Assembly (NCBI RefSeq): GCF_018350175.1
Contig: NC_058368.1
Coordinates: 220,598,001 to 220,662,000 of the forward strand
From: Felis catus
Lineage: Eukaryota
Direction: 5' to 3'
DNA length: 64,000 bases
Made by a program: the position numbers and the translations under genes. The notes beneath the pieces were generated by a model. That model saw only the letters and a list, made by a program, of their open reading frames with translations, made no database searches and had not been told where the DNA came from. Of the stretch, positions 39,455-51,087 are shown one piece after another (the stretch's first letter is position 1; every line of letters begins with the position of its first letter).

Positions 39455-39890
39455 GCATAAATAAATGCAATATAATTCCACCCAGGTTCACCCCACCTGC
39501 AATAACTTAGGACCTTCTTCCCCAGCTGCTGGAAGTGATAGCACTGACAGCCCTCATCTGAGTCCTGTTTGTAGATTTTCCCTCAACCAACGTGAGCTGT
39601 ACTGCCCAAGGCAGTCCCCCAAGAACAGCTGGGATCCAATAACCAGCTGATGTGGAGATGTGATGTGAAGCCCTATGCCCCTACCCCAGGTTGAAAGAAA
39701 GTTTAAGTGCTGTCCTAGCTCTATTGCTCCTGTAGAAAAGACCGAAACCCTGGATGCAACGGCATCATAGTAAAATTTTTCTCCTTCTGCCCAAACCTGC
39801 GTCCTTCTGCCATCTCCAGTGTTGACCATGAAAACATTCTGAAATAATGCTGCCTACATGCAAACCTACAAGTCTCAAAGTCTGAAACTA
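39455..39890 (+). mobile_element. LTR16-like ERVL solo LTR (old)
   Basis: TTCCCAGCTGCTGGAAGTG..ATCCAATAACCAGCTGATGTGG..TCTCCTTCTGCCCAAACCTGC. Confidence 0.65.
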
Positions 39891-42050
39891 CTTAGGGTTT
39901 ATGATACGATTCCAATAGTGGAAGGAAAGCATGCATGTAATAAGCCTCTGCTATGCTTTTACCTTTTCAGTGAAACAACATAAATACTCATAATGCACTT
40001 TTTCTAAGTTACTACTATGCATATATGTTTTGATTATTTTAACATTCTTAACTGGATTATATTTAGTGATAATCATTTAAAGATTATAACAAGATGTAAT
40101 GCATGTTTTGAAAATGAATTAATATAATGTAAGGAATACTAAATGCAAAATCATTTTGAAACATTTGTCTGAAATATTAAAAATAAATGTTAGAGTGATA
40201 TTAATATTGCTACTGTTTTATGTCAGAAATATTTTAGTGTGATAAAATAAGTCTTGCTTAGGCTCTTATTTATTGTATAAAAATGCTCACAAATTCTGCC
40301 AATCCCTGAAATGCATGTTTAGAGTATTCTGGGTTTTATTTTAAATATAAAAAAATAAAGCAATCTGTAGTATATATATTTTTTAAATTTTACAAAGCAA
40401 GCTACATATAAATAATTAATGACCTGTGCCAGAGGTGGGGGGTGGGAGGGTAAGTGAAAACAAAAAAGAAAACCTACCTGAGCTTTGACATAAAATCTGT
40501 ATGAATTTAGCCAAAATTAAAGAGGGCTATGAAGTAAATTAGAAGCATGCACAGTGCTTCTAACCCTTCTTTCAGAGCAAGCAAATCTCCTTTTAATATA
40601 AAGTTATCCTATATTTTATTGACAAACATCTATGCTGGATATTGTTCCAACGACCCCCCTGGTAAATTACCTCTGTTAACTTTATATGATTATGGAATTT
40701 AAATAGATTCTCTGCTTTTGTTTTGTTTTGTTTTGACATAGGAAAAAAACTAATCCTCAATAATATGTTTTTCCATTAACGCTATCAGTATGAATTCATC
40801 ACTTGATATGTATTTCTAAAAAAAAACACACAAAAAAAACACAAAAAACCCACTTTGACAAATAGACCCTCCTGCCTCCCACACAAGTGCTAATAAAAGC
40901 ATTAAAGTTTTCTGCAAATGATAGCGTGGCTTCCAGTTTTAATGCAATAAAAATCTAAATTGAAATAAAAAGTTAGAAAGAACTATTATTTCTTTTATCA
41001 TATATCCGGAAAAAAAATTATTAGCATTAGTGGTCTCTTGTTTTCCTATGCACCTCAAAAACATAACTGAGCATTTATTGGCTGTGAAAATAAATGGATG
41101 GTAAAGCAGAGAATCACAGAGCTTCTAAGAGGCTGATGAATAGAAAAAGCACGTTGTTAAAAGAAGGAAAAATAATCTCTCTTTTCTTACCAAAAGATTG
41201 TAAAGAATGGCATGGAGGCAAATGCAATCCTTATTGCGATAATCAAGTAAAGCAATAATGGCCAGGTAAATATTTGTACTGTAATTTATTGAACCAATGG
41301 CTATTTATTAAATTACACCAAGGGACAATTTATCTCACAGTCAATTTTAATTAAAACATCTGTTCACACTCCAAGGTAGGCTATGAATTATTATTTGCTT
41401 GCTTGGCTCTTGTTTCTGTGTATTTTTATTTTGAATAAAATCAAAGATATTCATTAGGTATGATGGAATATTAATTTGTTAGAATTAATTGATCTACATT
41501 ATCAAATAATCAGATGAAGGGCTAAATATGAACCATAACACATAAAGAACAAATCACTGTAGAATCCAGGAAGACCTCCTTAGGGATAATCCGGACAGTC
41601 TGCTCATCACATCAGCATCTTCCATTGCAGGACAAAAGCCCTATCTCTCCTTGTTTATTTCTCATGAGGGAGCATGGTGGTTTTATTCCGGCCAGAAATA
41701 AGTCAACACAAATAAAATTAAAATACCCTGACATGTAGTTTGGAAGACATAAATACATGGCTAAGTGCATGTACAAGGGTATTTTCATTTCAAGTACTCT
41801 TAATTATTTCAATATTTTATATAAATTAGAATGTTCTTGCAACTGGGTCATGTTAGTCTGAAGATTCTTAACCAATTCTGAAAATAATGTATTATGAGTT
41901 GTATTGACAGGTAATAATAATAACAATAATAATAATAAATAAATACATACTTCATCTTAGGAAATAACCTGAAAATAAGGAATTTATTGATTTATGATTT
42001 AAATATGTTTATACAGGTCATATTTCATATACTTTCTAATGTATCAATTA

Positions 42051-42573
42051 TGAGAAATAAGCCCACTGATCCAATCAAAGGGGGGGCACGGCATCTCAGA
42101 GGATAGTGAAACGAGGCTTTAATCAACATTCTTGCAAGAGCAGGTATCTGATGGACAGGCACACTCAGGGGGTGGTTACAGCAGGAAATTATCTCCTAGC
42201 ATGCAAGTCCCTCCTCTGATTCCTCATTGGCTGAGTACTACAGAGGTTACAGTGGTACCCAGAAGTCATCTATGCCCATGTAGGGCCAAAAAGTAGTCTG
42301 ATTGGAACAAATGTACATTCCTTGAGTAGACAGAGACTTTGGCTCTTTGGCCCCTGCTCATTGCAAAGCCCGGTAAAAATAAGCCCTCCAAATGAAGAGG
42401 GGAAGAATAACCAGGAAGTGAAGTGTTTAAGGATTTGCGACTCCACTGTGCGGGTGGGGGTGAGGGGCTGTACATATTTCCAATAGGTTCTAAACCTATT
42501 TACAATAGGCTGTTAACTAGACAGCACAGCTTTTATTTGGTATTTCTGAAAATGAATCATCTCACTTCTCACA
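42051..42573 (-). mobile_element. Solo LTR, possibly ERV2/betaretrovirus-like
   Basis: TG..CA termini (TGAGAA../..TTCTCACA), CCAAT boxes and ATTAAA on minus strand, flanked by TCAATTA direct repeat. Confidence 0.8.
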
Positions 42574-42706
42574 TCAATTAAATCAGGCTTGTTGAAATAA
42601 ATACATATTTTGGATTAAACTTAAATAATAAAATAATGTTTATTCTACAAACTAAAATTTGTTAATACAATTATACAGAAAATGAGCAACAATAAGATAA
42701 AGTTTC

Positions 42707-43160
42707 TTTTTTTTAATTTTTTTTTAATGTTTTTACTTATTTTTGAAGGAGAGAGACAGCGCATAAGCAGGGGAGAAGCAGAGAGAGAGGGAGACACAGA
42801 ATTCGAAGCAGGCTCCAGGCTCTGAGCAGTCAGCACAGAGCCCGATGCGGGGCTCAAACCCACAAACTGTGAGATCATGACCTGAGCTGAAGCCAAATGC
42901 TCAACTGACTGAGCCACGCAGGTGGCCCTTTTTTTAAATTTTTTTTTTAACATTTATTCATTTTTGAAAGCCAGAGGGAGACAGAGCACAAGTAGTGAGG
43001 GGCAGAGAGAGAGAGAGAGAGGGAGACACAGAATCTAAAGCAGGCTCCAAGCTCTGAGCTGTCAGTATAGAGCTTGATGTAGGACTCGAACTCACAAACC
43101 GTGAGATCATGACCTGAGCTGAAGTCAGACTCCTAACCAACTGAGCCACTCAGGCGCCCC
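42707..43160 (-). mobile_element. Two tandem Can-SINEs (42707-42928, 42929-43160)
   Basis: Two bodies enclosed by AAGATAAAGTTTCTTTT at 42694 and 43161. Confidence 0.94.
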
Positions 43161-43319
43161 AAGATAAAGTTTCTTTTAACAAACAAAGGCCTACATGTAA
43201 TGTACGTATTAATACATATTAATGTAATTAAATTATTTATTATATGTGCTAATATTGGTTCAATTTGCACAGCTATAATTTTAGCAATAATATATAATTA
43301 TTTTCATTTTTATTCATGT

Positions 43320-43330
43320 TTTTTCTTTAT

Positions 43331-43371
<41 letters not shown>

Positions 43372-43548
43372 ATACCCTCATGTGTGCAAGCCAGGAAGAG
43401 GCAGAGAGAGGGAAAGAGAGAGAATCCCAAGCAGGATCCACACTGTCAGTGCAGAGCCAAACACAGGGCTTGATCTCACAAATTGTGAAATCATGACTTG
43501 AGCTGAAATCAAGTCAGACATTCAGCAGACTGAGCCACCAGGCACCCC
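43320..43548 (-). mobile_element. Can-SINE
   Basis: Reverse SINE with (GA)n. Confidence 0.92.
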
Positions 43549-45645
43549 ATGACACATAATAATTTTAACATGTTTTGATTTAGTGGCTTTTTCCCCACAA
43601 TTGGTAAATGTTTGTGGTTTAACTTTTTCACCCTACACACTTTCCCTGTTATCATTTGTAATTAGAGTTGTCAGCAGCAACCTGAAAAAAAAAAAAAAAC
43701 TCAGTGATCTTTAATAAGGGCCCAGCTGAATTTGTGAACTTGACTATGCAAAGCTGACTTAACCAAATGCCTCCAAAATTAGAAGAAGTGCATTACCTAT
43801 TTTAAAATCTGAATGAGTTTTAATGTAAACACAAAAATTGGCATGTATATTTCTCATTTTCTATTTACACTTTTTAAGTGGAGACCAGCTAATAAGATCT
43901 TGCCCCTCTATATAGTAACAGGAGAATCTATCATCAGTTTATCATCTAATTAGCCCATTTATATATTTATTACATGGTAACAGTTTTCCTGACAGTACAG
44001 AAGTCACGAGGTAAAAACAGTTGGCAAAGTAACTGTCATTTCCTGTCCTTTCTCTGCTCCAGGCAATGCAAAGCTGGGTAGTAAGGAGAAAAGCACAAAC
44101 GGACCCCTCAAGAAAAGAAAATTATCTTAGACATCCGGTGAAATCCACAGTGTTGATCTGTATTGAAATACTTTCATTTTATTCAGTACTGGTACAACAG
44201 AAGCTGACTTTATTTTTCTTTATTCTCTATGTTTCTGAATGGATTTACTACTCTGATATTATTTAAATTACCAGATGATATTCCAAACTTAAAGTCCTAA
44301 TGGATGTAATACCTTTCACAAAAATAAGGAGATTTCAAATGGGAAAATACAACATATAGTTAAAATATTAATCTTTGACAATGATAAACGGGCCATCACC
44401 AGGTTGAGTGAGACCTATCTAAGGAAGATTTAAGAACATGTTAATGAGTTGGATTATCATTGGTAAACTCAAGCAACTTTTACAGCCTGGAACAGATGGA
44501 AATGTTATTTAAGTAAATGGCTGTAGCCCAGATATAAAATTAATCCTAGGACTCAGCTTTGTTTTTATTGAGTGGTTTTTAAGTTATACGAGCACAAAGG
44601 GTTTCTACTGAAGTTTTAATTTATTATATGAAGTATTCCACTACATTGCTTTGGTGTTGTTTTGTTTTGTTTTGTTTTTACAAAATGAGATGTTTCAATT
44701 CAATTAAATGAATGTTAAAACTCTTAACACAAGTATAAAGAACTCTAAGTTGCATGGCTAGGTATAATATGATATAAAAGGATGTACAATTGTTTCGTTA
44801 TACTGTTTTTTTTTTTCTTTTGATGCTTCATAGCTATACATTTGGATGGTTTCATCCAGTGTTGGTGTCTTGTTTCTCCAAATACTCATACTTATGTAAT
44901 CTAATGAATCCTCTTCTGTAAACTCAGCCATGACTATTACAAATTTCATTTTTCAAATAGGCACTTAAATTTGCTTTGAAGAGTTGAATGGTAACTACCT
45001 GGGTCTTACGATCCATATACTAGCCCCCTATTAAAAAAAAAAAAAAATCTTGAACCTTGAAGAAAATACGAAGTCTATGATTATCTATGGTTTCTGATGG
45101 ACTTAACCAAAAACCAAAATTAAGTCTTTTTTTTTTTTTTAACTTTTTTCACCTAGGAAAAAGAATTTAAGGGCATTTAATAGTATCTTTTCAACATTGG
45201 AAATTGTTGAGACATTTAATTTTTCCTGCTTATATTTCAGAAGCAAAATTAACATATCAGGTATTCCTTCTTGCATCATGTATTGTGCAGTTATGTTTGG
45301 AGTATTTAACAAATGCCTCTCAGTACTACTTATATAAAGTTTCCAGCTCTATTGATATTTTCATTAATATAGATAACCTTTTATATTCTGAGAATATAAT
45401 CTATACGGTTTTCAGTCATATAACAAAACAATGTTGAAATATGGGGATGTTCTTATTATAGCTACTCCTGCCAAAATTGATGGCAGTTTTCAGTGGTGAA
45501 GAATGAATATAAATCCAATTCTAGACATGCTATCATGCATACATGCATAGGTGTTTTTTCTATTGATCGTGTTTCTGTGCAGATTTCCAGTAGCTAGATT
45601 TATACACAGTACAGCACAGAGAGGAAATTAAGGAAAAACTGCAGA

Positions 45646-45871
45646 GGGGCGACTGGGTGGATCAGTCAGTTAAGCGCCCGACTCTGGGTTTAGGCCTCGG
45701 TCATGATCTCACAGTTTCATGGGTTCAAGCCCCAAGTCAGGTGCCGCACTGACAGTATGGAGCCTGCTTGGGTGTCTCACTCCCCCTCTCTCTCTGCCTG
45801 TCCCCTGCTCACGCTGTCTCTGTCTCTCTCAAAATAAACAAATCAACTTAAAAAAAAAGTAAAAAAAAAGT
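45646..45871 (+). mobile_element. Can-SINE
   Basis: Full element; TSD AAAAACTGCAGA. Confidence 0.93.
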
Positions 45872-48800
45872 AAAAACTGCAGAACTTTTACAAGTCCAAT
45901 GCATGTTGAAAGCAGGTTTAGAGCAAAACCTAGCATTATGTTCTATGGTGCCCATGAAGATATTTTAACACAGAAACTGCTTCAATCCGTGCCTTTGGAG
46001 AATGAGTAATGGCTGTGTTCTGGAGCACTTAGACCTTAATACATCACATATTTTGAAGAAAATGCTATTTTTCTTTTTTAAGAAGTTGTCTCCCACACTT
46101 CAAAGAGATAACCTCAAGTTTTGGCTCAATACATGAGCCTAACATAAAGGTTTTCTGCAGGTGAGTTTGTTCATCTCAGCAAAATTCGTATCGGGCAATA
46201 ATGAACATCTGAGAAAGTGCAGCACATCATTTAACACAATTCAACGTTTCAGCCTAGCTTGAAATGGAAGATAAAAAATCTTTGATTTTTTACAGTAGTA
46301 TCCCAGTTAATGTTTAATGTCAATAAAATACAGACACAACACCATGATTTATATATCCTTACTGTTAAATTTTTATTTAAAATATTTCAAACAAAAACAT
46401 TTTTAAAAATAAAATAACCATCCAAATGTATGCTACTACATACATATGACTTTAGCTTGAGTGGAGACTGTTTGAAATAATGGATATCAGAGTTTTAGAT
46501 ACTCACTTAAAATATGATAGTTCGGGAGTAGGTAAGTCAGTAATGTTGGAATCTGAACCAAATCTGCTTCTCATCGTAAGTTTTTAATGTGTACATGAAA
46601 GAGGAATCTCATATACTCTTCCCCACTTATGTTTCCTGAAAATCATCTTAGAGATTCTGTTCATAATATGTAGTCTGGGATTACAAAAACTGAGGGCACA
46701 GCTGCAGATCCAGAGAGAAAAACCACACATTATTGTCAGCATCTGAAGTCAGCTGGCAGTTTTACAATTTTATTGTAATTTCTTCTGTTTGACCCCAACT
46801 TTATGACCTTGCCTTCATGAGAAATTAAACTTCTTTAATGTATTTAAGTTTAATTGTGTGCTTTAACTTTCTAAGAGTGGAAAACCGTATCAATTTTATC
46901 TTAAAACTTATCTTAAAAGTCAAAACTAACTGATATTGATCGAATAAACTTTTTCATATATTATGAACATTAGGTTTAATGACATTAAGATTAATGGCAT
47001 AATCAAATGCCATCTACAAATTTAGTAACAACTTCTATAAATTAAAACCACAAGTCCAAATCCTTTAACTTGGAAATATAAAACTAATCTATTAGATTTT
47101 TACTTGATTTGTCAAGTTGCCCTAAACATTGCAAGTATTAAATATGTAAATTTACCTTGACTTAATACAAAAATAATAACAATGTTTATTTAACGAACCT
47201 CATCATGTTTCTATATAGTAACATTGTAGGTGTTGATGGCATTTAACAAATAAAAAAAAAACTGTTCTAAGCAATTCAGAGTTATCTTTGCAAGATAGTT
47301 AAGTTTGGTTTTATTAAGGAATTTGAGACAACCTTCTCAAGTGTCTAATAATTTTGACTGAAGTGAAAACAGACCTGCAGAAATTCTAGAATGATTTTTC
47401 TCTCTGTGTGAAGCACCAAGCCAATCCACTTGTATAAGTTTGTGCCAGTATTGACTCAAGAAATCTGATTCTGACAGCAAGGTAATGCACATGCCCTAGA
47501 AAACTTTCTTTTTTGAAAATGTGCAAAAATGCTTATGAAAAAGTATAAAACACATTTAAAGCTACTGTTGAGCAAAGGAAATAAACGAGGAAATCATTCT
47601 CAGAGGACCAAAAGAAACATATCTCTGGAGATATAGACTACTATCTCAGCCAGAGACTGCCCTGAGGAGTATAAAGATTTCTGTTAATTTAGAAAATTCT
47701 TGGAATAGTTTTGTGGGGGTAACAGGCAGAGTTTGGTACCTGCACAAGAGGAGAAGTTGACTAGAAGCCTTGTACTAGTCCATATTATTATAAGACTATA
47801 AAATTGTGAACCTGAAAGAGGTGAAATAATCCTCATAAAACAGACAGAAAAACTTATCTCAACCCCACTCAGGAAGGGAAATGGCCCTTAAATACTCTAC
47901 AGCAAGTTTGGGTGCTGTAGGTACCCAAGGACTGAATTTATCCCATATCTGTAGTACCTTTAAGAGAGACAGAGACATACAGAGAGTGAAAAGGAGAGAG
48001 GGAGAGAGATAGGGAGAGAACAGGAAGAGTAACTACAAACAAAACTAATTACTTCAAGTGATTGACAGTTGTAATATTCCCTAGATCCTGACAAAAGCAA
48101 CATGCATAAATTTGTTGTAGAACAAAATATGCACCCAAGGATTTTAGAGGTTTTGACAAATGGAATTTATACAACTATAATCTTGAAGTTTTTTCAATGT
48201 TTGATTTATGTATTTTACATTAATAATATCTGGTGAATATAGCTTTTGGGTTGTATGTGTTTTGCATGTTGTTAAAGGATTTGTTTTGGCATTAATGTTT
48301 CTGAAAAAGCCATAATGTACCATATCCTTTCTCCCTAGAAGAACTTACAAGACAAAATGTAGATTTTGTTAAAAATATAAAGGTCTGCGTCATACAGCAC
48401 AGAAACATTAAAAGAAGTGTTCGTCTTAAAAGTGCTATAAAAAAAAGAGTGATTAATTTTAAGCTAAGATTGTAGAAAATAGACTGACCCTCTCTGAAAA
48501 TATCAGGAGTACAGGAAAAGAAATGACAAAACAAAGATGAAGCAGATGGGAATATTACTCAAACCTAGTGCTTTCGTAACTAGTGTAAAGATAAGGTTTG
48601 TAGAAAAAGCCAAGAGCAGAATTACAGATGGTCAACAGGGTCTCAGCATTTAAGCTGCACCACATCCAAAACATCATCAAATCATGAAATGTTCTGCCTT
48701 CCCTGAAGTCTCACGTCGTTGAACACTATTTAGTCACACACTTGATTCATTTTCTATATTGCAAGCTTCCTAGGTCACATCCCAAGTGTTGACATTTTAA

Positions 48801-49666
48801 GGGGGCCATGTGAAAGTTTACTCTTCTTCACCCAACTTTAAAATAAGTAAGATTTAGATGCAGTGTAAATAATCAAGACCAAATTATCAGTTTTTATTGT
48901 GATTAAAATTAACTGATGAAGTTGCTTTATATATGGAGGATTTAATCATTCTTCACCATTAACTTAACCAGATTCTTCACTCAGTCACAGGCATAGCTGG
49001 AAAACCATAGGCCTTGCCTGCAAAAGCAGGTTGATTTTACTACTTTCTAGAAAGCATGCCCAAACACCTGCTTTATGTAGGAAGGCCTATTCTACAAGGA
49101 GAAAGAGAACTAAAAGGACTAAGTTCAGCATGGCTGGTTTATTCTTTAAAATGCTACAGATAACTTATTCCTTCTTCCATGAAAAGAATTGATCTGGGAT
49201 ATTACATAAGTAAACTACATTGTACCTCTCTCTCAACTAAACCACTCAGGGAAAAATTCCTCTATGTGAGTCACTAGTACCAGTCTAGAAAATACACCAA
49301 AAACAAGCAAAGAAACAAAACCAGAACTTCCTGGTGAACATTAATTTCATAAAGTAGGAGCATCTGTTTGAAAATCACTGATCTGTTAATAACTGAACCA
49401 GTCACAGAACAGAGAAAATAGAGGATAATGCCACATCACTACCAAGGAGGTAGATTACCAGAAATGAGCCGCAATGGAGTTGGGGTAATGTACATCAGAA
49501 AAACAAGATCAGAGACACATATATAGGACTTGAGCAATCAATGCTCAACTCTCATTTTTTGTCCAAATTATTTAGGTTAGGGAATTGGAATACTGAAGAC
49601 AAGATGAGTAGCTAACATTATGGCTGATCATGAATTAGGCAGCAATTTTGGAGACATGAGATCAGT

Positions 49667-50144
49667 TGTTGCAGAACAGAATTTTTTTTTCCCTAGAAAT
49701 TAAGGCAAATAGGAGTTGAGTGAAGTCATTGAGAGGTTTTGAGTGTCTGATGACCTGTGAACTGGACCACAGCAAACAGAGGCTCCTTACCCCCTGACCT
49801 GTCCTTGGAATGTGGGTTCTACTTGCCTTCCTAGTCCCAGAAGCTGCCTCAAGGACATTGCGTTGAAATAGTGATGTGGTATTGAGACATCTGGACAGTG
49901 TACATGACTGACACCAATTAAGGCTTCTATATAAACCTTTAAGATTTGGTGGGTGGATGCAGAGATCGACTTATTTTTGCAGCCATCAATGACAAGCCTC
50001 ATATGTAAGTTATCTTGCTTATAAATCTGCTGCTTACCAACCTGGAGTGGCCAACCTTTTTCTTCAATCTCTCCTTGCTCTTTGTGTCCAGGAGCTAGTT
50101 TCAGATTACACCCAAGAAGCTCCAAAGGAGCTTGTGAACCAGCA
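49667..50144 (+). mobile_element. Solo LTR (ERV1-like)
   Basis: TGTTG..CCAGCA ends, TATATAAA at ~49928, U5-like pyrimidine tract. Confidence 0.6.
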
Positions 50145-50418
50145 GTAGGACTTCTGTTCTGCATAATTGGCAGCTATATAATTTAGAACAAACCTCCCAC
50201 TGAGGTTACAGTGATAACTTTGGGTATTTTTTACCCCATTTGAAGTTATGCTGACAAAGCAACAAAAAACTATGGAGCTCAAAGAAAGAAGACACAGACT
50301 AAGAAAAATCTTTCATTTGGCCTTCTTTTTCTATAACTGATTCTGCCTGATGGGGATAAAGATGGAAATCTGAAGTCCAAGGCCATCAACAAGGGGTCTG
50401 GCAAATACCATTTGCTTG

Positions 50419-50544
50419 GAAAGAAAGAAAGAAGGAAGGAAGGAAGGAAGGAAGGAAGGAAGGAAGGAAGGAAGGAAGGAAAGAAAGAAAGAAAGAAGGA
50501 AGGAAGGAAGGAAGGAAGGAAGGAAGGAAGGAAGGAAGGAAGGA

Positions 50545-50600
<56 letters not shown>

Positions 50601-50685
50601 GAAAGAAAAGGAAAGGGATTGGGGGAACAAGAGGGGTTAGAGAGAGACAGAGAGAGACAGAGAGACAGAGAGAGAGAGAGAGACA
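50419..50685. repeat. (GGAA)n/(GAAA)n/(GA)n polypurine tract
   Basis: Directly visible. Confidence 0.97.
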
Positions 50686-50738
50686 ATGTTATTAAAACCC
50701 AAAAGAAACAACATGTAATTAAATGCAGTTATCAGACA

Positions 50739-50970
50739 GGGCACCTGGTTGGCTCAGTTGATTAAGCATCTGACTTCGGCTCAGGTCATGATATTATGGT
50801 TTGTGGGTTCCAGCCCCACATCAGACTCTGTGCTGACAGCTCAGAGGTTGGAGCCTGCTTCAGATTCTGTGTCTGTCTCTCTCTCTGCCCCTCCCCTGCT
50901 CATGGTCTATCTCTCTCTGTCTCAAAAATAAATAAGCATTAAAAATTTTTTTAATAAAAATTTTAAAAAA
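50739..50970 (+). mobile_element. Can-SINE
   Basis: Full element; TSD CAGTTATCAGA. Confidence 0.94.
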
Positions 50971-51087
50971 TCAGTTATCAGAAACAGATTTTAAATGACC
51001 TATTCTTAATGTATGAAAAGAAATAAAAGATTGAAAATTCCAGCAGAGAACTAGAGACTACTTTAAAAAACAATAGAAATTGTAATT

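Noticed and set aside
47540..48190. Possible ancient L1M 5' region
   Set aside because: Too diverged to support by eye
50279..50765. KEGR/PSFL-repeat ORFs
   Set aside because: Translations of the GGAA/GAAA tract
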